Assembly (NCBI GenBank): GCA_017402995.1
Contig: JAFQOV010000004.1
Location: 54,485 to 118,484 of the forward strand
Direction of reading: 5' to 3'
Source: Candidatus Gastranaerophilales bacterium
GTDB lineage: Bacteria > Cyanobacteriota > Vampirovibrionia > Gastranaerophilales > Gastranaerophilaceae
DNA length: 64,000 nt
The position numbers and the translations under genes are program-made. Below the pieces are notes generated by a model. The model saw only the letters and a list, made by a program, of their open reading frames with translations, was not told where the DNA came from and made no database searches. Of this stretch, positions 62,452 to 64,000 are shown in pieces. The number at the start of each line of letters is the position of its first letter. Positions within the stretch are counted from its first letter, which is position 1.

Positions 62452-64000
62452 CTATAAGCCTATATATTTAGCTTTTTCAACACCGTCTATTTTGGCAATT
62501 TTGTCTAGGGTTGCTTCTTCAACAACGCTATCGACGTTGATTACCATAACATTTTTTTGTTCGTCACATAAGTTTTGAGCAACGCGCATGTCTGAAATAT
62601 TGATATTGCTTGCGCCGATAACGCTTGCAACCTGTGCAATCATGTTTGGTTTGTTAATGTGTGGAACAAATAACATATATTTTTTAGGCTCAATGCTTGC
62701 TATGTAGTCATTAATTTGTGTAATTCTTTTAATGCCTTTTGCAATTAATGCGCCTTTAACAACTGTATCATTTTCAGATGTTTTAATTGTTACGCTAATT
62801 GCGTTATCTTTGTCATTTGTTTTAGATGTTTTAACTTCAATTCCGCGAGATTTTGCAATGATTGGAGCATTAACATAGTTAACATCAACCATGTTTGCGC
62901 TTAAAATACCTTTTAAAATAGCAATTTCTAAAGGTGAAACATCAAGATTAGATAATTCGCCACTAACTGAAACAGCAAGCTCTTTGATTGCTCCTGTTGA
63001 AAGTTGAGAAGCGATTTGCGCAATATTTTCAGCAAGACCCATATATTCTTTTACTGCTTCAAGTTTTTGAGGTTTAAGCGCTGGAATATTAATTGCACTT
63101 GTTGCATTTCTTCCAGATAAAACGTCTACAACTTGGTTTGCAACATCAAGAGCAACATTAATTTGAGCTTCATCTGTGCTTGCTCCAAGGTGAGGAGTTA
63201 AAATTGCCGCTTTTCCAAGATTGATTAATGGAGATTGTCCCACATTTTTTTCATCTTCATATACGTCAATTGCACATTGCGCAACTTGACCAGACTCAAC
63301 CGCTTTGGCTAAATCTGCTTCAACAATAATTCCGCCACGAGCACAGTTGATAATACGAACGCCTTTTTTCATTCTATTTAAAGTGTTTGTATTAATTAAG
63401 CCTGCTGTTTCTTTTGTTTTTGGGGTATGAATTGTTAAATAATCAAATAATCCCCAGAAATCATCAAGATGTTCAACATATGTTGCACCCATTTTTTCAA
63501 CAATTTCTTTGTTTGCATATGGGTCAAAAACAACAACTTTCATACCTAATGCAAGTGCAACGTTTGCAACGTGTGCGCCAATTTTGCCAAGTCCAATAAC
63601 GCCAAGTGTTTTATTAAAAACTTCAACACCTGTGAATTTTGAACGTTCCCATAATCCTTGTTTAACAGAAGCGTCTGCAACAGGGATATTTCTGCTCATT
63701 GCCATCATTAATGCAATTGTATGTTCAGCTGCAGCGTGAGTGTTGCCATCAGGTGAATTTACAACAATAATCCCCTTTTGAGTTGCAGTATTAACGTCGA
63801 TATTATCCACCCCAACGCCAGCTCTGCCGATAATTTTAAGATTTTTTCCAGCTTCAATAATTTTTGCTGTTACTTTTGTTTGCGAACGTACTAATAATGC
63901 GTCGTATTCACCTATGATTTCACATAGCTTATCTTCGTCCATTGTTGGAAGATTGTCTACTTCTGCAACACGCGCTACAATCTTCACAGCCAAATCATTA
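62452..64000 (-). CDS. serA: D-3-phosphoglycerate dehydrogenase with ASB and ACT domains (5' end probably beyond the window)
   Basis: GLGKIGAHVA NAD motif, catalytic RG..VD...HLGAST, C-terminal ACT. The frame stays open from 63993 to the window edge, and typical SerA has about 20 more N-terminal residues. Confidence 0.85.
   Translation of the reverse strand, partial: NDLAVKIVARVAEVDNLPTMDEDKLCEIIGEYDALLVRSQTKVTAKIIEAGKNLKIIGRAGVGVDNIDVNTATQKGIIVVNSPDGNTHAAAEHTIALMMAMSRNIPVADASVKQGLWERSKFTGVEVFNKTLGVIGLGKIGAHVANVALALGMKVVVFDPYANKEIVEKMGATYVEHLDDFWGLFDYLTIHTPKTKETAGLINTNTLNRMKKGVRIINCARGGIIVEADLAKAVESGQVAQCAIDVYEDEKNVGQSPLINLGKAAILTPHLGASTDEAQINVALDVANQVVDVLSGRNATSAINIPALKPQKLEAVKEYMGLAENIAQIASQLSTGAIKELAVSVSGELSNLDVSPLEIAILKGILSANMVDVNYVNAPIIAKSRGIEVKTSKTNDKDNAISVTIKTSENDTVVKGALIAKGIKRITQINDYIASIEPKKYMLFVPHINKPNMIAQVASVIGASNINISDMRVAQNLCDEQKNVMVINVDSVVEEATLDKIAKIDGVEKAKYIGL

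Noticed and set aside
63991-63993. TTG at 63993 as the serA start
   Set aside because: The frame remains open to the window edge, and typical SerA proteins have about 20 more N-terminal residues. The gene is treated as 5'-partial.

Overview
AT-rich (about 30% GC by eye), densely coding bacterial chromosomal window. The gene content is LpxK, MlaFED, PilT, flagellin, MotAB, a Ycf45-like R3H/AAA ATPase, pyruvate formate-lyase, Dxs and NfnA-like. This suggests a low-GC anaerobic diderm, possibly a non-photosynthetic cyanobacterial relative (Melainabacteria-like). That assignment is inference only. Housekeeping genes: recO (partial), pilT, a def-fmt-aroH-M16-M16 operon, dnaB, flagellin, dxs, two LeuC-like dehydratase large subunits, PBP4, motAB, PFL, yqeK-nadD, an RqcH-like gene, pheT, a PMM/PGM gene, lpxK, mlaFED and serA (partial). 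There are four tRNA genes: Ala-TGC, Val-GAC, Ser-GCT and Glu-TTC. Two patches look accessory. (i) 12.7-15.3 kb lies between tRNA-Val and tRNA-Ser and holds a membrane-anchored Mrr-type nuclease, a small ORF and a divergent AbiH-like gene. (ii) 20.4-31.4 kb starts at tRNA-Glu, whose 3' end is duplicated 220 nt downstream. It holds an XRE controller with palindromic operators, Type III R-M (mod, res), a small TM ORF, two secreted YD-like mini-repeat proteins with duplicated ECF-like promoters, and a 1407-aa tandem-duplicated double GHKL-like protein carrying one HExxH. That giant protein is my best candidate for an undescribed system. Other oddities: a cytosolic Clp-D1-like/FtsH-like protein whose ATPase motifs are all degenerate but whose M41 HEAGH is intact; a PFL split into a 686-aa body and an 80-aa glycyl-radical piece; and tRNA-derived sense/antisense fragments flanking tRNA-Ala and tRNA-Ser. 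I saw no rRNA, CRISPR array, integrase, transposase catalytic gene or prophage. All family assignments come from motif recognition by eye; no searches were run.
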